From positions 108,098 to 172,097 of the IMG/VR virus record IMGVR_UViG_3300037400_006466: a DNA stretch of 64,000 nucleotides, one strand, 5' to 3'. The stretch comes from a virus (Duplodnaviria; Heunggongvirae; Uroviricota; Caudoviricetes). Positions 19,249-28,767 of this stretch are shown in pieces. The first letter of the stretch is position 1. Every line of letters starts with the position of its first letter. Under the pieces are notes generated by a model that had not been told where the DNA came from, did no database searches, and saw only the letters and a program-made list of their open reading frames with translations. The position numbers and the translations under genes were made by a program.

Positions 19249-21282
19249 TCAACCCTCTTCCATTACTGATCCCTGCATGACTCTGTAGGTTATGAGACTT
19301 TCATTCTTGCTCTTGACCACCTCATGCGCCTCAGGTCTGTGGGATATGAAGAATATCTGAGGGAAGCAATCCAGCTCTGCTATGAAGTTGTAGATTATTT
19401 CAGAGTTCTCAGGGGAACATGATGCATCAATCTCATCAAGGAACACACTTGATACACCGCTGAACTTGGCGAGTGCAAGGAAGTATGCCAGTGTGAGGAT
19501 GGTTCCTTGAGCACCAGATGCCATGCTGACTGGCAACCATTCCTCTGTGCTGTCAGAGCTGCTCTCAGCAGTATAGACGAAATTGACTCCGCTTCTCTCA
19601 GGCTGGAGGGATACACGGCAATAGGGGAACACCTTCTGGACAATCTCATTGATGAAGTCCTCTATCCTCTCACAGCATTTTATGACTATGAAGGTAGGGA
19701 ACTCATTGGAGAAGATGTTGAGCTCCTGCTTGGTCTTGTTCATGCTCATGATGATGCCGTTGTTCTTCTCCATGAGTTTTCTGACCTGCTCATCCCTTTC
19801 TTCCATGGCTTCAGCTGTCTTTCTGTTGGCCAATGCCCTCTCTATGTTCCTGGCGCTCCTCTCTCTGTTCTCCTTGATTTGGGTCTGTATCTGACTCTTT
19901 TCATCATTGAGGGCTTTCCGTTTCTCAACCAGCCTCACGGCCTCCTCAAGTTCCTTTCTCTTTTCCTGAAGAATATCCATCTTGGACTCAAGTTCCTTGA
20001 GAGTGGTTTCCCTTTCCTCTATGAGCTTCAGTGTGGTGTCTATCTTCTCCCTGTATACTGATTCAGAGCTTATCAGATTCCCCAGTTCGGTGAGCTTCCT
20101 CTCATTGAAATTGAGTTCCTCCTTGAGTTTCTTTCCCTTGGAATCTCTGCTGTCAAATCCAAGTTCAGTCAGTTCCTTGCTCTTATTCTTTTCCTCAATT
20201 TCAATCCTGGATATGGATTCCTCAAGTGACCTTACATAGGATTCCTCAATAGGCTGACCGCATGAGTGGCACACTCCAGTCTTGCTGACATCATAGTGCT
20301 CTCTCATTTCCTTGAGCCTGAATTTTATGAGATTCAGATCACCTGTAAGTTTGAGGTACGATTCCTTGTCCTTCTGATACTGGATGTCATGGGCCTCTAT
20401 TTCCCTGTTTATCCTTGATATCTCGGAGTTTATGAGGTTGCTGTCCATGCTCCCTATCTTGGCTATGATATCCTTGAGTTGGGTGTTCATCTTGTCCAAT
20501 GATGCCTTGTCATTGGCCATATTTAACTTGAGGGTATTGAGGGTTCTCTGCAATGAGGTGATGTCGGATTCGCATTTGGATATCTCATCCTCATTGGCGA
20601 TTCCCATCTTGTTCAAGGTCTCATCAATCTCCTTGACCCTGTTCTCCATCTCGATTATCCCTTCCTCTGGGACTCCTCTCAATGCAGGAAGCATTTCGAA
20701 AGACTTCTTGTTCAACTCATCTATACGGGTGTCATACTCTATGGTGAGTCTTTGCTCATTGTCCTTCTGTGTGTTGAGCTTCTCTATGATATCCGGGAAC
20801 TGGGTGTCGAACATCTTCTTGAGCATATTCGCACGCTCCTTGGGCCTGCATTTTATGAGGTCATTGGAGCCCTGATACATGAACATGAGAGCATCAGTCT
20901 CTGTGATGTTGTGGGTCTCAAGGAACTGGTTGTATTCGCTGTTATAGTATGTCTTCCCGTCATAGACCACTGCCCTGCTTACAGGGGATGTCTTGTGGGA
21001 GCCTAAAGTTCCGCTGTATATCTCCACATCATAGACTATGGGTTTCCCCTTGAAATAGGCATCAAGGTGAATCACAGCCTTCTCCGTTCCTATCTTGACG
21101 TAATCCTTGTAGCTTTCTCCCTTCCTGTAGTTGAAAAGGGTGAAAGCCATTGAGGTGACTATGGCTGACTTTCCCTCACCGTTGTTGCCTGTGATTGCAG
21201 ACATCTGGACGTCGTTGAAGTCCATATCAACTGATGTCAGGGACATGAAGTTTTCCAAATGAAGTTTCTTGAAAATAAACAT
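19249..21282 (-). CDS. sbcC: SbcC/Rad50/gp46-like SMC ATPase (677 aa)
   Basis: Walker A GNNGEGKS, coiled coil with CHSC zinc hook, signature ASGAQ, Walker B VFLDEID, H-loop ISH. Confidence 0.9.
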   Translation of the reverse strand: MFIFKKLHLENFMSLTSVDMDFNDVQMSAITGNNGEGKSAIVTSMAFTLFNYRKGESYKDYVKIGTEKAVIHLDAYFKGKPIVYDVEIYSGTLGSHKTSPVSRAVVYDGKTYYNSEYNQFLETHNITETDALMFMYQGSNDLIKCRPKERANMLKKMFDTQFPDIIEKLNTQKDNEQRLTIEYDTRIDELNKKSFEMLPALRGVPEEGIIEMENRVKEIDETLNKMGIANEDEISKCESDITSLQRTLNTLKLNMANDKASLDKMNTQLKDIIAKIGSMDSNLINSEISRINREIEAHDIQYQKDKESYLKLTGDLNLIKFRLKEMREHYDVSKTGVCHSCGQPIEESYVRSLEESISRIEIEEKNKSKELTELGFDSRDSKGKKLKEELNFNERKLTELGNLISSESVYREKIDTTLKLIEERETTLKELESKMDILQEKRKELEEAVRLVEKRKALNDEKSQIQTQIKENRERSARNIERALANRKTAEAMEERDEQVRKLMEKNNGIIMSMNKTKQELNIFSNEFPTFIVIKCCERIEDFINEIVQKVFPYCRVSLQPERSGVNFVYTAESSSDSTEEWLPVSMASGAQGTILTLAYFLALAKFSGVSSVFLDEIDASCSPENSEIIYNFIAELDCFPQIFFISHRPEAHEVVKSKNESLITYRVMQGSVMEEG

Positions 21283-21301
21283 ATATACCTAATATAAAGA
21301 A

Positions 21302-21883
21302 TCAACCCTTGAATCCGGGGAAGTATTTGGATGTGTATACGTCATTCAGCCTGATGGTGGCCTCTATGTCAGCCATGGCATCATGGGCATCCGAGTAGTC
21401 CTCATTGAAAAGGGTCTTGTAGACGGTGACCAATTTGAAATTGGGCATATACTGCCTTACGTTGTTTATGGCGAACACAGGCCCCAGAATCCTCATCACA
21501 TCCCAATCAGGAGTGAATATCTTGTAGGTGAAGTTGTATCTTCCATTGTATTCGAACCACTTCATGACCATCTGCAAGTCGAACTCCGAGTTGTATCCGC
21601 AGAAATAAGCCTTGTCATCTATCCCCAACTTGTATCTGTCCATCATATCACAGAACTCCTTGAAGGCAATCTCCTGGTCAGGGAAAGTCTCAGCCTCTGC
21701 CTGTGTGATTCCATGGGCTCTTGTGGCTCCTGCATCCACTTTGTTCTTCCTGTAAGGCCTTATCTTCCAGTTGTGCCTTTCAGTCTCCTCACCGTTAACT
21801 CTCACTATGCAGGCAAGCTGGATTATTGAATCATTGTAGATATCCAGTCCTGTGGTCTCTGTATCAATCCATAACTGAATCAT
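21302..21883 (-). CDS. DEDDh 3'-5' exonuclease (DnaQ/epsilon-like, 193 aa)
   Basis: IDTETTGLD, IIQLA, HGIT, YNSEFD, HDAMADIEAT; start reassigned to ATG 21883. Confidence 0.9.
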   Translation of the reverse strand: MIQLWIDTETTGLDIYNDSIIQLACIVRVNGEETERHNWKIRPYRKNKVDAGATRAHGITQAEAETFPDQEIAFKEFCDMMDRYKLGIDDKAYFCGYNSEFDLQMVMKWFEYNGRYNFTYKIFTPDWDVMRILGPVFAINNVRQYMPNFKLVTVYKTLFNEDYSDAHDAMADIEATIRLNDVYTSKYFPGFKG

Positions 21884-22140
21884 AGCCAACTCTCCTTCTC
21901 CATGAGGACTATGGGGAATCTGTCTCCCTTGATGCATAAGGTGTTGAAGTCAAGGAACTCCATAGCCTCCGTATCCGTCATTCCGTCCCTTTCCATAAGG
22001 CACTTAATCATCTTGCTGTAAGAGTAGATTGCTCTGTCGTCATTGGAGACTCCCAGAAATGCATCAGGGTAATCATCATACACTATGGTGTCTTCAAGAC
22101 CCATATCCATAAGGTAATCCTTGACATCATCAACGCTCAT
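21880..22140 (-). CDS. Conserved phage hypothetical protein (86 aa)
   Basis: DAFLGV...YSYSKMIKCLMERDGMTDTEAMEFLDFN pattern common in phages; ATGA overlaps. Confidence 0.65.
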   Translation of the reverse strand: MSVDDVKDYLMDMGLEDTIVYDDYPDAFLGVSNDDRAIYSYSKMIKCLMERDGMTDTEAMEFLDFNTLCIKGDRFPIVLMEKESWL

Positions 22141-22700
22141 GTCCATTCCTCCGGTATCTTTTTATCTGTGTCCCAATTGATTCTGGGGTATTGCAGTCTT
22201 ACTATCTTCAAGGTGTCGGCTTCTCCTGCCCATGGATTCTTAATGGAATCTGGAATCCATGGTTCTTGCCATCCCTCAGTCCATCCTTTGTCCCACTGGT
22301 TGAAGTCGTGGGATTCCCAGTAATCAGTTCCCCCTATGAAATGAATCCTGTAGGTATCTCCATGCCTCTGTATCTTCCACCCTATGGACTCCAACAGAGG
22401 GCTGAGACTCTCAGGTTTCAGCCTGTCCATTGCCCTTGTGTTCAGCACTTTCTCTATGCAATCCACATCAAAGTTGGTGAGGTTCTTGACTGGAATGACC
22501 TGCCAAGGGGACTCCTTTGACTTCTCTCTGGATAAGGGTTTCTCTGTCTTGGAATCCACAAGAACATGGTTCTTGGAGTCCCATTCAAAGTCCATTATCC
22601 TGAGCACTGACATGGCGTCCCTCACAGCACCTTCATCGTTGGAGTATATGCTGTAGAACACTCTTGAGAGAATATTTTTGGCAGATTCAGGTAACTTCAT
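22137..22700 (-). CDS. Hypothetical protein (187 aa)
   Basis: ORF with SD and an upstream promoter. Confidence 0.65.
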   Translation of the reverse strand: MKLPESAKNILSRVFYSIYSNDEGAVRDAMSVLRIMDFEWDSKNHVLVDSKTEKPLSREKSKESPWQVIPVKNLTNFDVDCIEKVLNTRAMDRLKPESLSPLLESIGWKIQRHGDTYRIHFIGGTDYWESHDFNQWDKGWTEGWQEPWIPDSIKNPWAGEADTLKIVRLQYPRINWDTDKKIPEEWT

Positions 22701-22722
22701 CCTATATATCCTTATCCATATA

Positions 22723-22758
22723 TAATATAAAATAAAAGGGGGCTTATGTCAAGCCCTC
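22723..22758 (-). promoter_or_regulatory. Terminator hairpin overlapping a TTGACA-17-TATATT promoter
   Basis: GGGGCTT-ATGTC-AAGCCC hairpin; on the - strand TTGACA lies in the hairpin and TATATT follows 17 nt later. Confidence 0.55.
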
Positions 22759-22762
22759 CTGC

Positions 22763-22954
22763 TCATTTCTGTTGGGATTCCATCCATTTTATGATGGTAT
22801 TCACTGTATCAAGGGTTCCTGTGGAGTGGTATTCCAATCCCTCATATCTGCTTTTTACGTTTTCCAAGTCAGTCTTAAGCCCCACAAGTCTTGAATAGAG
22901 GTTCTCTATGAACTTGCAGGGGTCAGGTATCCTTTGAGGGTCAAGTCCTGTCAT
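22763..22954 (-). CDS. Hypothetical protein (63 aa)
   Basis: ATGA-coupled ORF. Confidence 0.55.
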   Translation of the reverse strand: MTGLDPQRIPDPCKFIENLYSRLVGLKTDLENVKSRYEGLEYHSTGTLDTVNTIIKWMESQQK

Positions 22955-23868
22955 AGTGTCTCCTCATTTCTGTTGAGGAAGGGCACTTTTCCGCAGTCAT
23001 ACTCTTCTACATAGTATCTCTTATGATTGGGACAATCAGGATTGGAGCACATATAGTATCCGTCAGAATAGATTATCTTATCATCATCTGATTCAATGTT
23101 ATGATACTTCTTGACTTCATCCCAATTCCTGATTATCTCATTGTTCTCTTTCTGTCTGAAAGACCTGTATTCAACTGGACTTCCGCAGTCCTTGCAGGTT
23201 CCCTCAATGAGAGGCTCCTTTACTACAACCTTGGCATCATCATCGTCATAGATTTCATCATAGATGCTATCTCTGAATTCCCTATGGAGTCCGAACCACT
23301 TACCATAAAGGACATCCAATGACTCCTTGTATTCAGGGAAGTCTTGTCCGCCATTATCGTTTCCACCCTGGACATAGGCATGGGAGTTGAAGAGGTAATT
23401 CTCCATGTTCTCTACACTCTTGAATATATCATGGACGGGAGGCACACCATAGCACTCCTCAGCTTCATACCACAGGGATTGATGGTCAATCTCAGCCCAA
23501 CTTACCCCACTATCATACATAACTGCATTATAGTCCCAATTTATATAAATATCTGTATCTTTGCCCTTTACTTCCTTGATTCTCTTCTTAATGGCTTTCT
23601 CAATTATCTGCCTGTTCTCATAGCTCTTTGATGAGTGGAACGCCTGGATTACTGCATAGTTAATCTTGGACACAACATCATACCATCTTTCAGTTTCCCA
23701 ACCGAAGCTATATGTTCCGTCCTTTATGGGAAGAGTAATCTCATATGCCTTATCACCGCAATCCTCTAGATAGGCATCGAGGTCCCATCTGTCAGCATTA
23801 CCTTTCTTGACATTGATTATGAATGAGCTTGAGCTTGAATTGCTCACGAATCCTTTTCTTATCTTCAT
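22951..23868 (-). CDS. MKIRxGFVSNSSSSSF-family protein 1 (305 aa), C-terminal CxxC...CxxxxC
   Basis: N-terminal tag; core FGWE...IDHQS...YVQGGNDN shared with 62621..63265. Confidence 0.7.
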   Translation of the reverse strand: MKIRKGFVSNSSSSSFIINVKKGNADRWDLDAYLEDCGDKAYEITLPIKDGTYSFGWETERWYDVVSKINYAVIQAFHSSKSYENRQIIEKAIKKRIKEVKGKDTDIYINWDYNAVMYDSGVSWAEIDHQSLWYEAEECYGVPPVHDIFKSVENMENYLFNSHAYVQGGNDNGGQDFPEYKESLDVLYGKWFGLHREFRDSIYDEIYDDDDAKVVVKEPLIEGTCKDCGSPVEYRSFRQKENNEIIRNWDEVKKYHNIESDDDKIIYSDGYYMCSNPDCPNHKRYYVEEYDCGKVPFLNRNEETL

Positions 23869-24155
23869 TTCTTATCTCCGAATTCAGCCTCATGGAAGGC
23901 ACATCCATCATCACAGCCGTTGAGACAAGGCGGCTGGACACCCTTGTTATCCATATATTTCACAAGGTCGACCACAAGGGTCTGAATCCTTGGGTCAAAG
24001 TCCTTTTTGTTGATGAACTTCATGAACTTGACCACATTCGCGTCCTTGAAATCAGAGGGGTCAGTTTCCTTGAGGGATTCCCAAAGATTGCTGATGTTCT
24101 CATCAGTGTAATGCCCCTCAGATTCAATCCTTGAGATAGCTTCATCTAAACTCAT
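23865..24155 (-). CDS. Hypothetical protein (96 aa)
   Basis: ORF with SD, coupled to the next gene. Confidence 0.6.
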   Translation of the reverse strand: MSLDEAISRIESEGHYTDENISNLWESLKETDPSDFKDANVVKFMKFINKKDFDPRIQTLVVDLVKYMDNKGVQPPCLNGCDDGCAFHEAEFGDKK

Positions 24156-24200
24156 ATATTTCCTACCTTAATTTTATATAGACTTTATATAGACTTTATA

Positions 24201-25034
24201 TCAGACCAATTCAATTTTGCCATTGAACTTGTTTAAATTCCCATCTACCTGATTATATTCCATGGTATCAAGGTTGAGGATGGTGAGCTTACCTTCCACC
24301 TTATGTATCTCTTTTCTTACGAAGGCTCCGGTATCAAGGGCAATCATCTGTAAATACGGGTCATAAAGGGGGCCTTCTGTGAGGGGTGTATGTCCGATAA
24401 TGAAGACTTTCTTTCCAAGTCCCCAACTATCCTTATTGTCCTCAGTCATAAGGGAAGTTCCCCTTCCTGAGAAAACAGAGGAATAAGCGATTATATCTCT
24501 GTCCCAGAACCAAGAGTCATAATCCTTCTCACAGAGATTCTTTTCCATAGTCTCTGCAAGGGTGAGGGTGGTCTGGTCAATGTTTCCTCCAAGAACTGGC
24601 TTCAATGAAGGAGTATGGACAATGGTGTATTTATCCAGCTCTATCTTATAGGGAAGTTTCCCTATCCAGTCGAAGATTCTCTTGCCTTCATCATCATCAA
24701 GAGAATAAAGTTCATCTTCAGTAGTCCTACCACCATTCCATATCCAGCACTCTTCAGCATCTCTGAGCATATAAGGACTTTTTCTTTCATTGTAAGTGAC
24801 GGGTTCATGAAGATACTGCCAAATCCATATATCATGATTACCGAATACAGACTTGAAGCTGTCCCCCAAGGACATGAGATATCTGAGGACTTCCAGATTC
24901 TGATTGCCTCTGTCGCAGAAGTCTCCTAATCCATAGAGTATATCGCCCTCAGCAGGATTGAATCCTACATCATCAAGGAGGGCCTTGAGCATATCATACT
25001 GTCCGTGGATATCTCCGATTATAAACCTTTTCAT
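24201..25034 (-). CDS. Calcineurin-like metallophosphoesterase (PPP/ApaH-like, 277 aa)
   Basis: GDIHG, GDFCDRG, GNHD, WNGG, GHTP, LDTGA motifs. Confidence 0.9.
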   Translation of the reverse strand: MKRFIIGDIHGQYDMLKALLDDVGFNPAEGDILYGLGDFCDRGNQNLEVLRYLMSLGDSFKSVFGNHDIWIWQYLHEPVTYNERKSPYMLRDAEECWIWNGGRTTEDELYSLDDDEGKRIFDWIGKLPYKIELDKYTIVHTPSLKPVLGGNIDQTTLTLAETMEKNLCEKDYDSWFWDRDIIAYSSVFSGRGTSLMTEDNKDSWGLGKKVFIIGHTPLTEGPLYDPYLQMIALDTGAFVRKEIHKVEGKLTILNLDTMEYNQVDGNLNKFNGKIELV

Positions 25035-25218
25035 TTTTCACTCTATGTAAATCACATCCTCATATTTACAATTCGGGTTAGCAGGATCTCCCATTGGATG
25101 GTCAGGACAGAATCTCCAGTAACCTTTTATTATCTCATAAGAACAGTCTATTATCTTCAGATCCTGATATTCCTTAGGTATCAGTGCCAATACTCTTGCC
25201 AATTCTCTTACCGTCATA

Positions 25219-25464
25219 TCAGTCCTCTAGATTGATATCTGGGATTCTGTCAAGTGTGTCAATGAAGTGCTCAACCATACCCATACTTCCCTCAATTCCA
25301 TCATGCAGTCCATCAAGGTATCCGTCATGCCTTCCTTCCTCATAGGTTGTCCTAGGCTCTTCAAGAAAGTCAGGAATGGGTTTGATTGTATTTGCGATTA
25401 CCCTGCCATGTGCCAATGCACTTTCAAGGGCTTCAAGTAGGGCTTCAGCTTCTTTTCTTTTCAT
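25219..25464 (-). CDS. Hypothetical protein (81 aa)
   Basis: Start reassigned to ATG 25464 (AGGAGA SD, CTTTATATTA motif upstream). Confidence 0.6.
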   Translation of the reverse strand: MKRKEAEALLEALESALAHGRVIANTIKPIPDFLEEPRTTYEEGRHDGYLDGLHDGIEGSMGMVEHFIDTLDRIPDINLED

Positions 25465-25631
25465 GTATAATTCTCCTATACATATAATATAAAGAAAAAT
25501 CACTTTGTTTTTCATGGGGACTCTAATTTACTATTTATATATTCATTCAAAATACGTTCATCAGGGCACATAATCTTACCTCTACATAAGATAAATAAAT
25601 TATGTTATGAAATCATTACAAAAATGAAACA

Positions 25632-27053
25632 TCAAAGTTCTGGATAAGGAACATGATTACTCAGCAGACTCTTGACAACTCCTCTAACCCTGTCTATTAC
25701 ATCCTTTGGAATTGAATACTTGGTCTTACTTACCTTGGAGTCTATAATAAGGCTTTTAAGAACCTCGGAAATACACAGACCAATCTGAGCCATGTCATTC
25801 TCCTTCATTCCAAGAGTAGTGAGAGCAGGAGTTCCCAGTCTCAATCCACTTGTGTACCAAGGACCATTCTTGTCATTGGGAATAGTATTCCTATTACAAG
25901 TAATTCCACAATCTCTGAGGGCTTGTTCTGCTTGTCTGCCCGTAAGTCCAAGAGGAGTCAAATCCACAAGAACCATATGATTATCTGTTCCATCGGTCAG
26001 AATCTTGATTCCATTGTCTTTAAGGGATTCAGCAAGAGCTTGTGAATTGGAGACAATCTGATGAGCATAAGACTCAAATTCCGGGGACAGAGCTTCCTTG
26101 AAACAGATGGCCTTGGCAGCAATCATATTCTGTAAAGGACCACCCATCACCAGAGGACAACCCTTATTGACGGAATCCTTGAGCCACTCCTTACAGAGAA
26201 TCAGACCACCTCTTGGACCCCTCAAAGTCTTATGAGTAGTAGAAGTCACAATGTCAGCCCACTTAACAGGGTCATAGTCACCCTCAAAGACATGACCTGC
26301 TACAAGACCTGCAAAGTGAGCCATATCCACCATAAGAACAGCTCCACACTTGTCAGCAATCTCTCTGAATCTTCGGAAATTGATTTTCCTCGGATAAGCT
26401 GAATAACCTGCCAGAAGAATCAAGGGCTTGACCTCTATGGCTTGCTTCTCGATAGCATCATAATCAAGGAGTCCGTTGTCATCTACCTTGTAATAATAAC
26501 AATCAAAAATCTGTGAGGATATATTCTGTCTGTATCCGTGGGTAAGATGACTTCCAGAATAATAATCCATAGAAAGAAGTCTCTTATTATGACAATTTTT
26601 TCTGAGATAATCCCATGTAACTCCAGTCAAATCACTATAGGACTTGGGAACATCTACATTGATTCCCCTATCCTTATCTGACTGGAAATCCATCTTTACA
26701 CCCTCAAATCCAGGAGTAAGGACACAAGCATCAAGGACTGCCCAATAGGCAATAAGATTAGCATCTGAACCACTATGGGGCTGAACATTAGCATAATCAG
26801 CACCGAAAAGCTCACAAGCCAAATCTTGAGCAAGTTTCTCTACCTTATCCACATTATCACAACCACTATAATATCTGTGGTAAGGATATCCCTCGGAATA
26901 CTTATCAGTAAAAATAGAAGACATGGCTTCTCTTACTGCAGGACTACAATAATTCTCTGAAGCAATCATTTTAAGATTACTTCTTTGGTCTTCCAGCTCC
27001 TTATCCATAGATTCCACAATCTCTGGAAGAACCTTCTTTATATACTCATTCAT
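25632..27053 (-). CDS. glyA: Serine hydroxymethyltransferase (473 aa)
   Basis: IASENY, KYSEGYP..RYYSGC, NVQPHSG, SHLTHG, DMAHFAGLVA, TTHKTLRGPRGG (PLP lysine), GTDNH, SGLRLGTP. Confidence 0.97.
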   Translation of the reverse strand: MNEYIKKVLPEIVESMDKELEDQRSNLKMIASENYCSPAVREAMSSIFTDKYSEGYPYHRYYSGCDNVDKVEKLAQDLACELFGADYANVQPHSGSDANLIAYWAVLDACVLTPGFEGVKMDFQSDKDRGINVDVPKSYSDLTGVTWDYLRKNCHNKRLLSMDYYSGSHLTHGYRQNISSQIFDCYYYKVDDNGLLDYDAIEKQAIEVKPLILLAGYSAYPRKINFRRFREIADKCGAVLMVDMAHFAGLVAGHVFEGDYDPVKWADIVTSTTHKTLRGPRGGLILCKEWLKDSVNKGCPLVMGGPLQNMIAAKAICFKEALSPEFESYAHQIVSNSQALAESLKDNGIKILTDGTDNHMVLVDLTPLGLTGRQAEQALRDCGITCNRNTIPNDKNGPWYTSGLRLGTPALTTLGMKENDMAQIGLCISEVLKSLIIDSKVSKTKYSIPKDVIDRVRGVVKSLLSNHVPYPEL

Positions 27054-27238
27054 TTATTTTCCTCACTTATTTCATGAATTATCTGACCATCTTCATTGAC
27101 TTTCCAGAATTCCTCACCATCATGCCATTTCATATTATGGAAATCAGCTATGGCTTCTGACAGAGGATTTACCTCATCTTCATGTTTCTTAGATTCAGAC
27201 CATTCTGACTTAACAACTTTTCCTTCTATGTCTTTCAT
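27050..27238 (-). CDS. Hypothetical protein (62 aa)
   Basis: ATGA-coupled to glyA. Confidence 0.55.
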   Translation of the reverse strand: MKDIEGKVVKSEWSESKKHEDEVNPLSEAIADFHNMKWHDGEEFWKVNEDGQIIHEISEENK

Positions 27239-27240
27239 TA

Positions 27241-27396
27241 TTAATCCTCAGAAGATATGAGAACTTCCCTAAAGGTGCCATCAGGCTCAATATCAACTGA
27301 ATCTGTGGCACCATGAACAGAATCATCTGGTACAACTATCACATAATCCTCAATGCCTCTTCTCTTTGCCCATTCATAAAGTTCTTTGATTGTCAT
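27241..27396 (-). CDS. Small hypothetical protein (51 aa, not in ORF track)
   Basis: MTIKELYEWAKRRGIEDY...; N-terminus paralogous to 58539..58793 (TIQELYDWAKSKGLEN). Confidence 0.65.
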   Translation of the reverse strand: MTIKELYEWAKRRGIEDYVIVVPDDSVHGATDSVDIEPDGTFREVLISSED

Positions 27397-27412
27397 CACT
27401 TCTTATCTCCTT

Positions 27413-27829
27413 TTAGAAAATGATACCTGCAGGTTCTGTTTTAGAATAACTCTTCAATATTTCCAAGGCCCGTCTGACAGCTTCATTACGGTCATGACCA
27501 AAAACATAGAGCTGAGAGGGCTTTCCTTCAGAGTCAATAAGATAATTTGGATAAAGAGTATCACCGAATCTTACTTCCTTAGCTGTTCCGCCTGAAAACT
27601 CCTTATAGCCATCCGAGACAGTCTGGAACTTAACCTCATAGGACTTGTAAGTATTGTCTCTGAGGAAGAACAGGTCATTGAATTCCTCAACATAAATTTC
27701 ATCTTCCTTATACCCTGAATCCACCAGACGGCTGATTATATTGGCGATTGACTTCTTACTTGAAGTAACGCCAAGGATATGATAGTCAGAATAACTTCCA
27801 GTTGTAATTGCATAAATCTTTTTACTCAT
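27413..27829 (-). CDS. Phage hypothetical protein (138 aa)
   Basis: IYAITTGSYSDYHILGV N-terminus, a recurrent phage motif. Confidence 0.6.
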   Translation of the reverse strand: MSKKIYAITTGSYSDYHILGVTSSKKSIANIISRLVDSGYKEDEIYVEEFNDLFFLRDNTYKSYEVKFQTVSDGYKEFSGGTAKEVRFGDTLYPNYLIDSEGKPSQLYVFGHDRNEAVRRALEILKSYSKTEPAGIIF

Positions 27830-27845
27830 TTATTTTCTTTCTCCC

Positions 27846-28709
27846 TTAAAAGATAATACTTGCTGGGTCATCCCATCTTGTATATAGATGGCAGTCAGGT
27901 CTCAGAATCAGATATCTGATTTCATCAGTATTCTTTTTGGCCATACAGTCACTGTCTGCAACAGTTCCAACCCCCTCAAGTGAGTACTTTGTCATTCCAT
28001 AGGGAAGTGTCTCCAGAGGAGTACCGTTCATTCTGATGTACTGGAAGTAATCATCATCCTTATATACATTACAGTGATTAATAATCCATTTGTCCTGTTC
28101 ACAGTCCTTTCCAGACTTGTACAGTTTCCTGAGAGTTACCTGGTCTGCGTCATAGACCTGTTTACACACTCTTAGAATTCCTGCAGTGTCCAAAAAGTGA
28201 TAGAAAGAATCATTCAGATTCAGAGACAGTCTTAACAGGCATCCTGCTTCCTTGATATTCCTACAGAGCTCAACCAGCTTTATCTGATTAAGTGAGTCCT
28301 TATTTCCAATAATTCTATTGTTCTCTTCATCATCAAAGCTTGATACTGAAATGGAGAAGGTATTGATTCCAAGCTGTGCAAGACTGAGGATATCTTCTTT
28401 TTCAAGTCCTCTACCAGTTGTCTGAATTTCAATATTGTTGAAAAGATTTTCAGGAAGAAGATTATTGAAGAACCTCTTAAGGAAAGGCAGATTCTGTTGT
28501 GGTTCACACTCACCTGTCAACATCAGAGTTGTGCATCCTAAATCTCGTGCATATCTTAATGCTTTCACATACTTGCCATGAAAGGTAAAGAACTCCTCTG
28601 ATATCCTGTCAGGATATGTTATGTCCTCATGTGTCCTTGACACACAGAACTTACAATTGTTGATGCATTTCTTTCCAGGAACAACTACACTTAAACTCTG
28701 AATTGCCAT
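27846..28709 (-). CDS. Radical SAM enzyme 1 (287 aa)
   Basis: CINNCKFC (CX3CX2C), LTGECEP, IQTTG; start reassigned to ATG 28709. Confidence 0.9.
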   Translation of the reverse strand: MAIQSLSVVVPGKKCINNCKFCVSRTHEDITYPDRISEEFFTFHGKYVKALRYARDLGCTTLMLTGECEPQQNLPFLKRFFNNLLPENLFNNIEIQTTGRGLEKEDILSLAQLGINTFSISVSSFDDEENNRIIGNKDSLNQIKLVELCRNIKEAGCLLRLSLNLNDSFYHFLDTAGILRVCKQVYDADQVTLRKLYKSGKDCEQDKWIINHCNVYKDDDYFQYIRMNGTPLETLPYGMTKYSLEGVGTVADSDCMAKKNTDEIRYLILRPDCHLYTRWDDPASIIF

Positions 28710-28731
28710 ATTCCTCTCTCCTTTCAATTAA

Positions 28732-28760
28732 ATAATAACATAAACCGTTATTATTGTCAA
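28732..28760 (-). promoter_or_regulatory. Sigma70-like early promoter
   Basis: CTA-TTGACA-17nt-TATTAT with TG extension. Confidence 0.7.
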
Positions 28761-28767
28761 TAGGCAA

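Noticed and set aside
19395-21006. ORF-track entries overlapping sbcC (e.g. 19507..20061, 20384..20875) and similar shadow ORFs over other long genes
   Set aside because: They lie on the opposite strand or in alternate frames of well-supported genes, lack SD or motifs, and show Ser/Leu-rich shadow composition.
24201-25034. Metallophosphoesterase as the SbcD/gp47 partner of SbcC
   Set aside because: GDxxDRG, WNGG, GHTP and LDTG motifs fit the PPP/ApaH branch, and it is 3 kb from sbcC; the partner is probably elsewhere.
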